Source: an uncultured Gammaproteobacteria bacterium (lineage in GTDB: Bacteria > Patescibacteriota > Patescibacteriia > Magasanikbacterales > UBA922). From it: DNA of 64,000 bases. Positions 1 through 11,109 of this stretch are shown one piece after another. The DNA lies in NCBI GenBank assembly GCA_964522405.1, contig CAZFTR010000001.1:4602-68601 (forward strand). Direction: 5' to 3'. The position numbers and the translations under genes are program-made. Below the pieces are notes generated by a model, which did no database searches, was not told where the DNA came from, and saw only the letters and a program-made list of their open reading frames with translations. Every line of letters starts with the position of its first letter. Position 1 is the stretch's first letter.

Positions 1-82
1 ATTTTACTCCGCGTTGATATTCGTTTACCTGGCGGATACTGATAACTATTATCAGTAGTACGAAGCCGATGGCGTATCCCAT
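1..82 (-). CDS. 5' fragment of probable SPFH/Band 7 (slipin) family membrane protein, runs off window
   Basis: Manual translation MGYAIGFVLLIIVISIRQVNEYQRGVK: N-terminal TM followed by the 'V.EYERGV'-type SPFH start motif. Confidence 0.65.
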   Translation of the reverse strand, partial: MGYAIGFVLLIIVISIRQVNEYQRGVK

Positions 83-106
83 ATATTTTAATTAAGGATT
101 AAATTG

Positions 107-178
107 TGGGTCTGCAAGGAATCGAACCTTGATCTAAAGCTTAGAAGGCTTCTATTCTATCCGTTGAACTACAGACCC
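107..178 (-). tRNA. tRNA-Arg (anticodon TCT)
   Basis: Reverse complement GGGTCTGTAGTTCAACGGATAGAATAGAAGCCTTCTAAGCTTTAGATCAAGGTTCGATTCCTTGCAGACCCA: acceptor stem, D arm, CTTCTAA anticodon loop, GGTTCGATTCC T arm; CCA not encoded. Confidence 0.95.
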
Positions 179-218
179 TTGATTTGTGTAATGAGTTTAT
201 ACTATTTTAGTCTTTTTG

Positions 219-1217
219 TCAATCCTGTTGACGATTTTTTCCATGAAATTTTTTATGTATATTTTTTAGTTCTCGGTCAGTAATGTGGGTATATATTTGG
301 GTAGTGGTGATAGAGGAGTGGCCAAGCATGCTCTGCACACTTCGAATATCTGCGCCATTCTGGAGTAAATCTGTCGCATATGAATGTCTAAGTGTGTGTG
401 GAGTTACTGGTTTTGTAATTCCAGCCATTTTTGCATATTTTTGCACACTTCTTTGAACAGATCTGGGAGTAAGCGGTATATCTTCTACAGGTTTTCCAGT
501 CTTGCCACTTACTGTCTTCTGTTTTCCGGTTCTTTTGTCATGAGAAATGAATAAATAGGGATTGATATCATATCTGGCTTCTAAATATTTCTTTATCCAA
601 TATCTGGCTTGCTCTGAAAGGAAGACAATTCTGCTTTTACCACCCTTTCCTCTTATAGTAAATTCTTCTTTTTTGAGGTTTATATCAGTTATTTTTAGCT
701 TAACTAGCTCTGACACACGAAGTCCGGCTGAAAAAAGTAATTCCAAGATTGCTTTGTCTCTAAGTGATATTAATTGCTTAGCAGAGGCTTTTTTCTTTTT
801 TTCAATTCCGGGGATTCCTTGAATCGGAGCTTCCATAAGTCTATCTAAGTCAGTTCCTTCCAGAAAACTAACTTCTCGATCTGGCATTTTCATAAGTTCT
901 ATTTTTTCCGGAGCCAAAGTCTCTACATCCCTTTTGGCTAGATATTTTAAAAATGATCTAACAGCTATAAGATGGTAATTTTGAGTATTTTTTTTGAGAG
1001 GGTCTCCATGAACATCAATAAGTCTATTGAGCCAAAGTCGATATTTACGTACTTTTTCTGCAGTTATAGCACTTGGTTTTTTATTTTCGCCAAGCCATTC
1101 AAGAAATCTGCTTAAATAAAAATGATAATTTTGTATAGTCCTATCACTACGATTTTTTTCAATTTCCAGGTATTCAAGAAATTCTTTTAAATAAATTTTC
1201 AGATTTTTTTCTGGCAT
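219..1217 (-). CDS. xerC: XerC/XerD-type tyrosine recombinase
   Basis: LRDKAILELLFSAGLRVSEL, GKGGKSR, HTLRHSYATDLL, LGHSSITTTQIYTH motifs. Confidence 0.88.
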   Translation of the reverse strand: MPEKNLKIYLKEFLEYLEIEKNRSDRTIQNYHFYLSRFLEWLGENKKPSAITAEKVRKYRLWLNRLIDVHGDPLKKNTQNYHLIAVRSFLKYLAKRDVETLAPEKIELMKMPDREVSFLEGTDLDRLMEAPIQGIPGIEKKKKASAKQLISLRDKAILELLFSAGLRVSELVKLKITDINLKKEEFTIRGKGGKSRIVFLSEQARYWIKKYLEARYDINPYLFISHDKRTGKQKTVSGKTGKPVEDIPLTPRSVQRSVQKYAKMAGITKPVTPHTLRHSYATDLLQNGADIRSVQSMLGHSSITTTQIYTHITDRELKNIHKKFHGKNRQQD

Positions 1218-1413
1218 ATTTATATTTTACTATATATATTTTACGACACAATTTTGTCCACGTCAATTTAGATTAGTTTACTTTGTGGTTTATGCATTTA
1301 TTTGGTATAATAAATTGGACTTTTGCTAATATTTTTTGTAAAAAGTTTAAAAACCCTAAGGTTAATCCAGTCAGTTTTTCAAATGGCTTTCAATAGGGAA
1401 ATTTTTTATATTT

Positions 1414-4400
1414 ATGAATAGGCTTGAAAAGAAAACAAAGCCATTTTTGCATATCAGTGCATTTCTAACTGCTGCAGCATTTGTGGTTGCCTTTGCTTTT
1501 CTTTTTTCTGATCTTCATGCAGTAACTAAGACTTGGGATTTTGATAGTGCTTCAGATTATACCTTTGATGCAGATTATCTAAAAATAACAGATGGAAAAG
1601 CAGGGTTTGTGACATTTGATCAAACAGACGATGATAATACTCAAACAGGTTTTGGTGGTGGTACACACACAGGTACAGGCTGGAGTGCCAGTAATAACAG
1701 TCTGGGTATAGTTACCGGTACAGTTGCTCTTTATTGGAAATTTGATGAGGTAAGCGGAAATTTAGTCACTGATTCGTCCGGTAGTGGTATGAATGGAGGC
1801 TTGAATCAAAGTGATGGTTTTGATAATAACTGGGTTTTAGGAAAGTTTGCTAATGCTTTTGAATTTGCTAGCTCAACAAGTGAATCATTTGTAGCGCCAA
1901 CCTTTAATACTAAGCCAAATAGCGAACTGTATACCTCTGATATTTTTAGCGTTGCGCTTTGGGTTAGGTTAGATGAGTTGGTTGATAATAATTTTATTGA
2001 TTTATTTCATCGTATCAGCGGTGGAATTTCACGTTTGTACATGAGAGTCCAACCTACTCATAAAATAAGTTGGTCCATATGGGATGGAAGTCCGAATTGG
2101 AGTGGTTTGGTGGGGAATACTACTATTGAAATTGATAATTGGTACTATGTTGTTGGTACATATGATGGGGAAAATTTAAAGCTCTATATTAATGGTGAAT
2201 TAGATGGTTCAATGGCTAATTCCAATGGGATTGAGCAGTTTGATGGTAATAGAATCGCTGGTATAGCAACTATTACAGGAGGTCCTTATGGCGCAACTCA
2301 ACATTTGGATGGAATAGTTGATGATGTTCAATATTATTCTCGCGCCCTAAGCACAGAAGAAATATTGCATAATTACATCAACAGGCCCCCAGCCCAGCAA
2401 GGAATATTTGAATCACGTGTCATGAACAATTACGCAGCATCTTACTGGTGGTCATTAGCATGGAATCCAAAAGCTCCATATGGCAAAGAATTGCCAGATA
2501 ATCCACGTATGGGATTATTGATGCATTTTGATGAGGCAAGCGGAAGTACTGATTTTATCGATTCTTCAAGCGGTGGTAATTTAATATCATGTTCTGGCAC
2601 TTCTTGTCCGCTAACCGGCATAGCAAGTCAGCTTAGTACAGGCGCATATTTTGATGGAGTAGATGACAAGCTGGTTTTTAGTAATAGTCCTACATATAAT
2701 GCTGATGAAATCAAAGATTTTTCATTTAGTACATGGGTAAAGTCTGATTTGAGTCAGAATGGTTTTCATGTTATTGCTTCCGGAGGTTTATCTGATAACT
2801 CTGGCTGGAGTGTCTATACTTACAAAACTGCAAGTGGTGCTGAAAACGTGTATTTTGAAATAGCAAGACCTGGATATACAACTCAATACAAGATACGCGG
2901 TGTCAGTACACAAGATGATAGGTTTGTTTTTATTGGAGGTACCTATGATGCTAGTACTGATGAACTCATTATTTACAAAAATGGTAGTGGAATCGTTGGT
3001 TATGATTCAGCTGGAGCATTAACACAGGCACCTGGAGATGTTTTTGAAATTGGACAAAGAGCACTGCATTCCGGTTTTTCGGATTTTCCCTTCAGAGGTG
3101 TTATAGATGAATTTACGATTTACAATAAAAAGCTTTCAGATCAAGAGATGAGAAATCTATTTGTAGCCCAAAGACAAGGGGCTGCCATGTTGGACGACAA
3201 TGCACCTGATCGAGCTTTAGTGCTTCATATGAATGAAGCAGGAGGTAGTTCGGCGTTTAAAGACAAATCATCTTATAATAATAGCGCCTCTTGTTCTGGT
3301 AATACATGTCCTGTAGCGGGTGTAGAAGGACAAGTTGGCACAGCTTTGAAGTTTGATGGCGTTGATGATTATGTAGAGATAAGTGGTAGTAGTTTAGAAA
3401 TTTCTGATAAATTAACAATGGGTCTCTGGGTAAAACCGGAAACTAGCGGCTCGCATAAACAATTGATAAGTAAGAATCCGGCACCTGGCTCAGTGTCAAG
3501 TTATTATTTGTCATTAACAGCGCTAAAACCATGTGTTTGGCTTGGTCAAAACATGGTGGGTTGGAAATGTTCCATTAGTGCCGTACCTCTTAATGAATGG
3601 TCGTATGTTGCTGCAGTATTTGATGGTAGAAGTTTGAGAATTTATATCAATGGTGTTTTGGACAAAACATATAGTGGTCTAAGTGGTGTTATACCTACAA
3701 ACCCGGGTACATCAGTATGGCTTGGAAATAGACCTGATCTTTCCGGATATATGTATAAAGGTGGAATGGATGAAATAACCATATTCAGCAAAGCACTTTC
3801 CGCAGAAAAAATTTTAAATATATATAATGAACAAAAAATAGGAAAATTGGGATTGGAAAATATTGCCAGCGATCGCTCATTGGAAACAGCACAATACAGT
3901 GCAAGTGGAGCTAACATGACAGATAACGAATTATTATTGCATTTTAATGAAGCTTCATACAGTGGAACAGTAGATGAAGTTGTAGATAAATCAGGAAATG
4001 AGAATCACGGATTAGTGGTTGGAGGAGGCGATACTGTTGCCTATGGAAAATTAAATAGAGCAGCAAGTTTTGATGGAGTTGATGATAGTGTAACCATTGC
4101 TGATAACAATACCCTGGACACCAAGGAATCTGATTTAAGTATCGAAGCATGGATTAAACCGGAAAACGTTTCACAGGCCGGATATATCGTAACAAAACGT
4201 CTAAATGAATCTCCATGGACACAATGGGGCGTGGGAATATTTGATGGTAGTACTAATTATGGTTCAGGAAAGAAATTAGTCTGTACTTTCGGTTTAACCT
4301 CAGGTAGTGGTAGTTATTTTCATGATGTGGTGACAGTTGATGATATATTAGATGGGGATTGGCATCATGTAGTTTGTCGTGTTGATTATGGTAATAACAT

Positions 4401-7400
4401 AGAAGTATTTGTAGATGGTGTAAAAGTGGATACAAACATTATAAGAGATCAGAGTTGGACATCTCTTGAAAATGATGAACCAATTACAGTGGGTTCTGGG
4501 AATGGCGCCTTTTATTACAAGGGTTTAATTGATGAAGTTGCTGTCTATAGTCGTGCTTTATTGGATGAAGAAGTCCTAGATAGATACAAACGTGGGGCTG
4601 TTCGTGTTAAGTATCAAATTCGCTCATGCAATGACAGTGCTTGTGACGGTGAAACATATATGGGGCCGGATGGAACAGCAAGTACATATTATTCAGAATT
4701 ACAAAATAGTTTTTATTCAACTCCGGCCATAGGGCTTGCGAGTGTTCCGAATAATACGTACTTTCAGTATAAGGCAATATTTGAAACAGAAAACGCTTCA
4801 TATTTACCAGAAATATCATCAGTAACAGCAGGCCCAGATCATCAATCAATTGGTACATTTGAATTGATGCCAGCTAAGGCGTCAGCAGTATCATTTGCAA
4901 ATATAGACAGCTTCACAGATCAGGATGTTGGATTGATTACCGGTATAAATGATCCAGTGCCATACTACCAAATAACAAACCAAGGTGATCAAGAAATGCC
5001 TTCTTGGTATTTTTGGAATGGTTCAAGCTGGGCACAAACTTTTAACCCGGATGATTCCAATACTGAGTCAGAAATAAATACAAACATATCACAATTTTCA
5101 ACAGACATTGGAACTGGAAAATTCCTTTGGAAAGCATTTTTAAAAGTTATAGAAGCAGCAAAGAGTCTCAAGTTGTTCCAAGTAGAAGTAGATTACAATG
5201 CGCCTCCTACAGCTAATGTACTTGAAACAAAAGGGTCAGCAGTATATTTTGATGGGGAGAATGATTATATAACAATTCCTGATTCAGAAGGTTTTAATTT
5301 TGCAGGAAAGACGGCAAGTGTAGCCTTTTGGTTTAAGGTGCCTAATATTGAAATAATAAATCACATGATTGATCGTCAGGAGGGTGGATATCCTGGAGCA
5401 GGTTGGTATATAGGAATAAGACCAAATGGTAGATTGCACATAAATCATAGAGCCACAGATGACACTATTAATCTTTACTCAACAGCTCTTGTCAACGATA
5501 ATCAATGGCATTTCGGAGTGATAACCATTGATTCAGCTGATAATTTAGCAACAATGTATGTGGATGGAGTATTAAACTCAACCGATACCTTTGAGGGATT
5601 GATAGATAAAAATGATTCTTTCTTTATTGGTACTACTGGTGGTGGAAATTCGTCATATTATTTTAAAGGTTCAGTAGATGAAATAGCTTTTTATAATTAC
5701 AGTCTTACTCAGGAAGAAATAGACTTGTATTACAATTCAGGTAATGGCAGACGCGGTTTAGCTTCGGACAATGGATTAATTTCTGGTTGGAATTTTGACG
5801 AAGGAGCTGGAGATACCGCAAAAGACTATGGAATAAATGCCAATAATGGAGAATTATACAATGGCGCAACTTGGGTTCCAGGAAAGATTTCAGAGACAAC
5901 AAATATGTATGGTCCATATCCATATTTTTCAAGTATCTTTAATGATACCAAAGATAGTTATAAATCAGCACTTAGTTTTGATGGTGGCGGAGGATATGTT
6001 GAACTGGGAAAGAAGTTAGACGAAGAAAATATTACGGTTTTAGCTTGGATAAAGCTGGATGAACATAATTATTTTAATTATATAACCAGTAATTCCAGAG
6101 ATTGTTGTGCTAAATACGATGGGGATGAACTTAAGGTCAATGAAGGTGGTAGGCTTAGTGGTAGGATTTGGAATAATGATCCTGCAATTAGTGATTGGAA
6201 TTTAGTTAATGCAAAACTTGTTTCAAATCAGGTTTTAGCACTAGATACTTGGTACCAAGTAGCCTTTACATATGATGGCTCAACCATGGCTCTTTATGTG
6301 AATGGTGAACTTGATAATACTAAGGCCTCTACTCTCGGTATTGGTCAACCGTCTTCGTTTAATAGAACAATTGGAGCGATGGCAATGAGTCCGCATAATT
6401 ATAATTTTAGAGGTGATCTAGATGAGGTATCAATTTATGATCGTGCTCTTACAGCAGAAGAAATAGCAACTCATTATAACGGCGGTAATGGAAGATATGG
6501 TTTGGCAACAGATAGTGGATTAATAGGAGGTTGGCATTTTTATGAAGGTGCTGGAAATGCTGTGCAAGATTATAGTCCATACGGCAATCATGGAACAATA
6601 AAAAATAGTCTAGAATGGACCACAGGAGTTGTAAATGATCATGATTACGCCAACAAAGCTCGCATCCAAGTAAGTACAGATCCAAATTTTGAAAATATTA
6701 CTCACTGGGATTCAGGAGTTGAAGGTACAACACTTCCAAATTTTGTAGTTGCTTCTGAAAGATCAAAAGATATCAAATATGGCTCTCTTGGAAATGGTCC
6801 AATAATAGATTCGTTTAGTATGGCTGATGGGGACATTACCTATTATTGGCGTATAAAGTATTGGGATCATCATGGAGCAGAGGGAATATGGTCAGCTACA
6901 AGCAGTTTTACTATGCTTGACGCACCGGTTGCTCCTGGATCTGTTTCTGCTGCTAGAGTGTCAGACAATGAATTTACAGTTGGTTGGCAAGATCTTTCAA
7001 CTACAGAAGATAAATTTGTTTTAGAAAGAGACTACACACTCGGCGCTGGTGGATTTATGGGTTGGCAAAAGCTTACGGATTTAGCTCCAAACATAACCAA
7101 TTATACAGATAGTTCTACAGAAGTTGATTCAAAATACAAATATCGAGTAAAGGCAGTAAACCAAGCAGGTGAGTCAATTTATACAGAAGATCCGATAGAG
7201 CATTTCACCTCACCAAAGGCGCCTACCAGTGTAAGCTCAACCTATGATGGAGAAAATGCATTTACTGTTTCTTTTACTGATACTTCAGCAATTTCAAATA
7301 TACACGATGTAGAGAGATGTGATGATCAGATTTGTGACAATAATATCTATATGGCTGTAAGTGGTTCACCTGTTTCCACCTCGACTTTTCAAGATGCAGG

Positions 7401-10400
7401 TCTTGCTACAAACGCCAGATATAGATGGAGAGTACGTGCCTCTCTTGATCCAACTTCAGAATTGACTTCAGAATATGCCTATTCAAATTATGAGTTTAGT
7501 AAACCGCTTGCTCCAAGTAATTTTGCTTCAGAATTTGTAAGTGATAATCAGATTAATCTATCTTGGACAGATGATGTGCAATATGAGAGTGGATTTACAA
7601 TTTATGTTTCCGAGGATGGTAGTGAATATACTCCGATAACAATTGGAAACTCAACAACTACTGTTTCTCAAAATACTACAAATTATAGTTATGCTGATTC
7701 ATCCACAAATCATTCCTATAGTTTTAAGGCAAAATCATATATTGATGCTACAGCCAGTAACTCCGAGTTATTTTCAGATGATTCAGACATGACAGAAGTA
7801 ATTTATACATCACCTGTTGCGCCAACAATGTTAGCAGCAGTACCACTGAATTCAAGTAATATTCAATGGAATTTTACAGATAATTCAAATTATGAATTCG
7901 GGTATAAATTATTTACTGATGGGGGAGGAGAGATATTAAATTCAGAAAATGCAAATCTTGGCTCAATAGTTGAATCTGGCCTTTCTCCAAATACTGAATA
8001 TTCTCGTTATGTAACAACTTACAACAATTCAGGTTCTGCTTCTAGTGCAGTTACTTCAACTTATACAATCTCTGCAACTCCTTCAAACGGTCGTTCAATT
8101 TTCACATCTCAGACAGCTATAACAGTTGCCTGGGATGCAAATGGTAATCCTGATGGAACAGAATACTATATTGTCAATTCAAATACAGGTGCAAATTCCG
8201 GATGGGTAACAAAGCAAGAATTTGAGTTTAGTGATTTTAAATGTGGAAACAGTTATACTTTTGAAATAAAATCAAGAAACGCTCTAAGTCTCGAATCAAA
8301 TAATCATTCACTATCAATAAAAACAGATAATTGTTATGGTGGAGGAAGTCCAGCTACCCCACCTCCGGCATTGCCACCACCTCCAGAACCACCTAAGCCT
8401 GGAGATTTCAGCCTGGTTATAAATGAAGGTGAGCTGATTACAAACAATCTCACGGTAGTGCTTGCTATTGATGGAGGAGAAGATGCTATTATGATGGCTA
8501 TTTCAGAAGATGAAGGTTTTTTCGATACTTCTCAGATTCCATACAGTGAAGCATATGCTTTCCCATTATCAGAAGAAAATGGGACTAAGGTAGTTTATAT
8601 AAAGTTTTTTACAGAAGATGGAACTGAATCCCCAGTTATTTCTTCTGAAATTATTCTTGACACAGAAGCTCCGGAAATAATTGATCTAGAAATAGAAGAT
8701 GAATTTGAATTTGATCAAAATGTAATTGTAAAGGGAACTTCAGAAGCAGGAGCAAATATAATCCCAACTTTAAATAGTTCTCAAAAAACTGCAATTGAAA
8801 TTGATCAAGATGGAAATTGGGAAATTGATTTTGGTATTTTGGATTCAGGTGAATATATACTTGAACTGGTGACTAGAGATGGAGCTGGAAATGAGGGAGA
8901 TACTTATCTAGTTGCTTTTGTAGTTAATGAGGAGCCTATTGAAGAAGAGTCACAACCGCCGTCAGGAACAGCGACCACAACACCTGCGACAACTACCACT
9001 ACTCCGGAAGATGGCGAGGGCGGAGGATTGCCAGATCTTATAGACGAAGTTACAGACGTTATAGAAGATGTTCAGGATGCTGTGGACGAAACATATGAGG
9101 ATATAAAAGAAATAGTCAAAGAAATAATTCCATTGCCAGGACCACAAACAGGAGGTGAGTCTATAATTCCAACAGTGACCACCCAGAGCGGAAGTGAATT
9201 ATTAGGAGATGGACTATTGAGCTTTGGTTCAATAGGTCTGCCAAAAACATTTACAAATCTGGTTACCAGTTTCCCAACACTTGAAAAGACTTTTAGAGAT
9301 TTTGGAGTGAGAAATATAGCAGATCTTCATAGATTGCAGGGTGTAACTCTTGCTCTACCAACTATTGATGAACTTGTACCGGCTGATTCACTTGCTAAGT
9401 CAGCATTGGTTTTAGATACGCTTGAGGGATATACTATTGATGATTTAAGAGACGCTGCAGAAAAATTACCAACAGATGTAGTATTTTTTGAACTCAACAA
9501 TGGAAAGATTGCGCTTGCTCCGGTTGTAAATGGGGCATCATTTAGTGGAGAGGGTCCGACATTTAGAACTATACCAAATCAGGCTGTAAGCATGATTATA
9601 AGACCTTCAGAACCAGTTGAAACAATTACTTCACAGGTTGCGCTTAGAGAGCTTAGAACTAGGCAAGTTGCAGAAGCTCAAAAGAAAACAACCATACAAT
9701 CAGTAATTGATGCATTTGGGGAGACTGTCTCTGCTGTTCAGGTAAATGAAGTATCAGCAGCAGAAATAAAGGATCAAGATTTGGAAAGTACTCCTCAAGA
9801 TGAAAAAGGAAGATTTATTGTTGATCAAGTTGATTTTGAAGATTCAAATGATGATGGGGTTTATGTGGCAGATATAAATACTCCAGAAGTTTTTGGAAGT
9901 TTTGATATTATTACTGATGTTGATTATTCAACTCAGAAGAAGGACAATATCATTACCAATACCATGCTAATTGATCCTGAAGGTTATGTCTTTCACCAGA
10001 CAATTTCCGGAGAGGTTAGATTGGCAAATGCTAAAGTATCACTCTATCATTTTAGTGAAGAGTCTAGTGAATTTGAGCTTTGGGATGCAGAAAAATATGG
10101 ACAGGTAAATCCGCAGATTACAGATGATTCAGGAACTTATGCATTTTTAGTACCAGAAGGTCAGTATTATATTTCCGCACTTGCATCAACCTATAAACCA
10201 TATCAGTCACGAGGATTTACAGTACAGTCAAGTGGAAGAGGGGTACATATAAATATTGGACTTCAAAAATACTTTGATGTTGAACAATTCCTAAATATTG
10301 ATTATATAATTGTTACCATATTGATTGTCCTTTTAATACTTATGGTAAGAAGACTATTCAAAGGGATTAGAAAAATGAAAAAATACGATGATTATAATTA

Positions 10401-10401
10401 A
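1414..10401 (+). CDS. Giant (2995 aa) cell-surface protein: signal peptide, about six LamG-like domains, FN3 repeats, Pro/Thr-rich linkers, C-terminal TM anchor
   Basis: Repeated 'W/HxFDE...FDGVDD...G.IDEV.IY.RAL..EEI' units; FN3 'YxYRVKAVN' motifs; hydrophobic C-terminus followed by basic tail. Confidence 0.9.
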   Translation: MNRLEKKTKPFLHISAFLTAAAFVVAFAFLFSDLHAVTKTWDFDSASDYTFDADYLKITDGKAGFVTFDQTDDDNTQTGFGGGTHTGTGWSASNNSLGIVTGTVALYWKFDEVSGNLVTDSSGSGMNGGLNQSDGFDNNWVLGKFANAFEFASSTSESFVAPTFNTKPNSELYTSDIFSVALWVRLDELVDNNFIDLFHRISGGISRLYMRVQPTHKISWSIWDGSPNWSGLVGNTTIEIDNWYYVVGTYDGENLKLYINGELDGSMANSNGIEQFDGNRIAGIATITGGPYGATQHLDGIVDDVQYYSRALSTEEILHNYINRPPAQQGIFESRVMNNYAASYWWSLAWNPKAPYGKELPDNPRMGLLMHFDEASGSTDFIDSSSGGNLISCSGTSCPLTGIASQLSTGAYFDGVDDKLVFSNSPTYNADEIKDFSFSTWVKSDLSQNGFHVIASGGLSDNSGWSVYTYKTASGAENVYFEIARPGYTTQYKIRGVSTQDDRFVFIGGTYDASTDELIIYKNGSGIVGYDSAGALTQAPGDVFEIGQRALHSGFSDFPFRGVIDEFTIYNKKLSDQEMRNLFVAQRQGAAMLDDNAPDRALVLHMNEAGGSSAFKDKSSYNNSASCSGNTCPVAGVEGQVGTALKFDGVDDYVEISGSSLEISDKLTMGLWVKPETSGSHKQLISKNPAPGSVSSYYLSLTALKPCVWLGQNMVGWKCSISAVPLNEWSYVAAVFDGRSLRIYINGVLDKTYSGLSGVIPTNPGTSVWLGNRPDLSGYMYKGGMDEITIFSKALSAEKILNIYNEQKIGKLGLENIASDRSLETAQYSASGANMTDNELLLHFNEASYSGTVDEVVDKSGNENHGLVVGGGDTVAYGKLNRAASFDGVDDSVTIADNNTLDTKESDLSIEAWIKPENVSQAGYIVTKRLNESPWTQWGVGIFDGSTNYGSGKKLVCTFGLTSGSGSYFHDVVTVDDILDGDWHHVVCRVDYGNNIEVFVDGVKVDTNIIRDQSWTSLENDEPITVGSGNGAFYYKGLIDEVAVYSRALLDEEVLDRYKRGAVRVKYQIRSCNDSACDGETYMGPDGTASTYYSELQNSFYSTPAIGLASVPNNTYFQYKAIFETENASYLPEISSVTAGPDHQSIGTFELMPAKASAVSFANIDSFTDQDVGLITGINDPVPYYQITNQGDQEMPSWYFWNGSSWAQTFNPDDSNTESEINTNISQFSTDIGTGKFLWKAFLKVIEAAKSLKLFQVEVDYNAPPTANVLETKGSAVYFDGENDYITIPDSEGFNFAGKTASVAFWFKVPNIEIINHMIDRQEGGYPGAGWYIGIRPNGRLHINHRATDDTINLYSTALVNDNQWHFGVITIDSADNLATMYVDGVLNSTDTFEGLIDKNDSFFIGTTGGGNSSYYFKGSVDEIAFYNYSLTQEEIDLYYNSGNGRRGLASDNGLISGWNFDEGAGDTAKDYGINANNGELYNGATWVPGKISETTNMYGPYPYFSSIFNDTKDSYKSALSFDGGGGYVELGKKLDEENITVLAWIKLDEHNYFNYITSNSRDCCAKYDGDELKVNEGGRLSGRIWNNDPAISDWNLVNAKLVSNQVLALDTWYQVAFTYDGSTMALYVNGELDNTKASTLGIGQPSSFNRTIGAMAMSPHNYNFRGDLDEVSIYDRALTAEEIATHYNGGNGRYGLATDSGLIGGWHFYEGAGNAVQDYSPYGNHGTIKNSLEWTTGVVNDHDYANKARIQVSTDPNFENITHWDSGVEGTTLPNFVVASERSKDIKYGSLGNGPIIDSFSMADGDITYYWRIKYWDHHGAEGIWSATSSFTMLDAPVAPGSVSAARVSDNEFTVGWQDLSTTEDKFVLERDYTLGAGGFMGWQKLTDLAPNITNYTDSSTEVDSKYKYRVKAVNQAGESIYTEDPIEHFTSPKAPTSVSSTYDGENAFTVSFTDTSAISNIHDVERCDDQICDNNIYMAVSGSPVSTSTFQDAGLATNARYRWRVRASLDPTSELTSEYAYSNYEFSKPLAPSNFASEFVSDNQINLSWTDDVQYESGFTIYVSEDGSEYTPITIGNSTTTVSQNTTNYSYADSSTNHSYSFKAKSYIDATASNSELFSDDSDMTEVIYTSPVAPTMLAAVPLNSSNIQWNFTDNSNYEFGYKLFTDGGGEILNSENANLGSIVESGLSPNTEYSRYVTTYNNSGSASSAVTSTYTISATPSNGRSIFTSQTAITVAWDANGNPDGTEYYIVNSNTGANSGWVTKQEFEFSDFKCGNSYTFEIKSRNALSLESNNHSLSIKTDNCYGGGSPATPPPALPPPPEPPKPGDFSLVINEGELITNNLTVVLAIDGGEDAIMMAISEDEGFFDTSQIPYSEAYAFPLSEENGTKVVYIKFFTEDGTESPVISSEIILDTEAPEIIDLEIEDEFEFDQNVIVKGTSEAGANIIPTLNSSQKTAIEIDQDGNWEIDFGILDSGEYILELVTRDGAGNEGDTYLVAFVVNEEPIEEESQPPSGTATTTPATTTTTPEDGEGGGLPDLIDEVTDVIEDVQDAVDETYEDIKEIVKEIIPLPGPQTGGESIIPTVTTQSGSELLGDGLLSFGSIGLPKTFTNLVTSFPTLEKTFRDFGVRNIADLHRLQGVTLALPTIDELVPADSLAKSALVLDTLEGYTIDDLRDAAEKLPTDVVFFELNNGKIALAPVVNGASFSGEGPTFRTIPNQAVSMIIRPSEPVETITSQVALRELRTRQVAEAQKKTTIQSVIDAFGETVSAVQVNEVSAAEIKDQDLESTPQDEKGRFIVDQVDFEDSNDDGVYVADINTPEVFGSFDIITDVDYSTQKKDNIITNTMLIDPEGYVFHQTISGEVRLANAKVSLYHFSEESSEFELWDAEKYGQVNPQITDDSGTYAFLVPEGQYYISALASTYKPYQSRGFTVQSSGRGVHINIGLQKYFDVEQFLNIDYIIVTILIVLLILMVRRLFKGIRKMKKYDDYN

Positions 10402-10412
10402 TAAATAATAAT

Positions 10413-10826
10413 ATGGGAAGATTTCGTGATACAATGCACAAGCCTGTCACTCTTGAAACTGTAATTATCTCAGTGATAATTGTTGCGCTGGTAGTTACAA
10501 ATATTTTGAGTTTCCTTAAATTAAATGAATACAAAGCTCGGGCAATTTCTCTTCAGCAGAAAAATACCATTCAGAGAAATATTATGAATTCAGAAAGGCA
10601 ATTATCAGATTTTTTTGCTTTTCTTCTTTCAAAGGTTTTGGTAGCAGAGGGAGAAATTACTTTTGAAGACAGATTAGCTCTTGAAAATAAAGTAAGATCA
10701 CTTGGTCATGAGGATATTTTGGCAAGTTGGAACGCTTTTACTATCGCAGAAACAGAGTTGCAGGCTCAGGAGAGAATTAGAGGTCTTCTAGGGCTTGTAG
10801 CAAATAAAATGCAGACAGAAAATTAG
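10413..10826 (+). CDS. Hypothetical single-pass membrane protein
   Basis: 137 aa ORF, N-terminal TM, 11 nt after the giant gene, followed by a hairpin terminator. Confidence 0.75.
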   Translation: MGRFRDTMHKPVTLETVIISVIIVALVVTNILSFLKLNEYKARAISLQQKNTIQRNIMNSERQLSDFFAFLLSKVLVAEGEITFEDRLALENKVRSLGHEDILASWNAFTIAETELQAQERIRGLLGLVANKMQTEN

Positions 10827-10868
10827 TTTTCTAAAAAAATTATAAACAGTCGCATTTCAAATGTGACT

Positions 10869-11002
10869 TTTTTGCTTTTAAAAACTATTACTTAAAAATT
10901 GCTTCGCCGTCCTCGCCTCTCTTGCTAATCTGCTTTCAGCATTAGCAAGGAGTCTGCGGATTGTCTCATCAATCTTTAAGTAATACTTTTTAAAAGCAAA
11001 AA
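10869..11002. repeat. Dispersed 68-nt structured core (10902-10969) inside about 33-bp inverted arms, copy 1
   Basis: Core CTTCGCCGTCCTCG...GGATTGTCTCAT recurs at 36644 and 62304; arms TTTTTGCTTTTAAAAACTATTACTTAAAAATTG / CAATCTTTAAGTAATACTTTTTAAAAGCAAAAA. Confidence 0.9.
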
Positions 11003-11039
11003 TAAACTATATCTTGACCCAGCACCATAAGCCAGAGGG

Positions 11040-11068
11040 TTGACAAAGTCACTTTTTTGTGGTATAAT
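11040..11068 (+). promoter_or_regulatory. Consensus sigma70 promoter
   Basis: TTGACA-17 nt-TATAAT with extended TG. Confidence 0.85.
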
Positions 11069-11109
11069 ATATACATCAAAAATAAAAACAAACATAAAAA
11101 TAAACAAAT

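Noticed and set aside
107-1217. Tyrosine recombinase next to a tRNA as the integrase of a prophage or island
   Set aside because: The gene lies 5' of the tRNA, looks like housekeeping XerC/D, I saw no duplicated tRNA 3' end in the window, and no phage genes follow.
10902-10969. Three-copy core as a hammerhead ribozyme
   Set aside because: No CUGANGA core on either strand; other ribozyme classes could not be assessed by eye.
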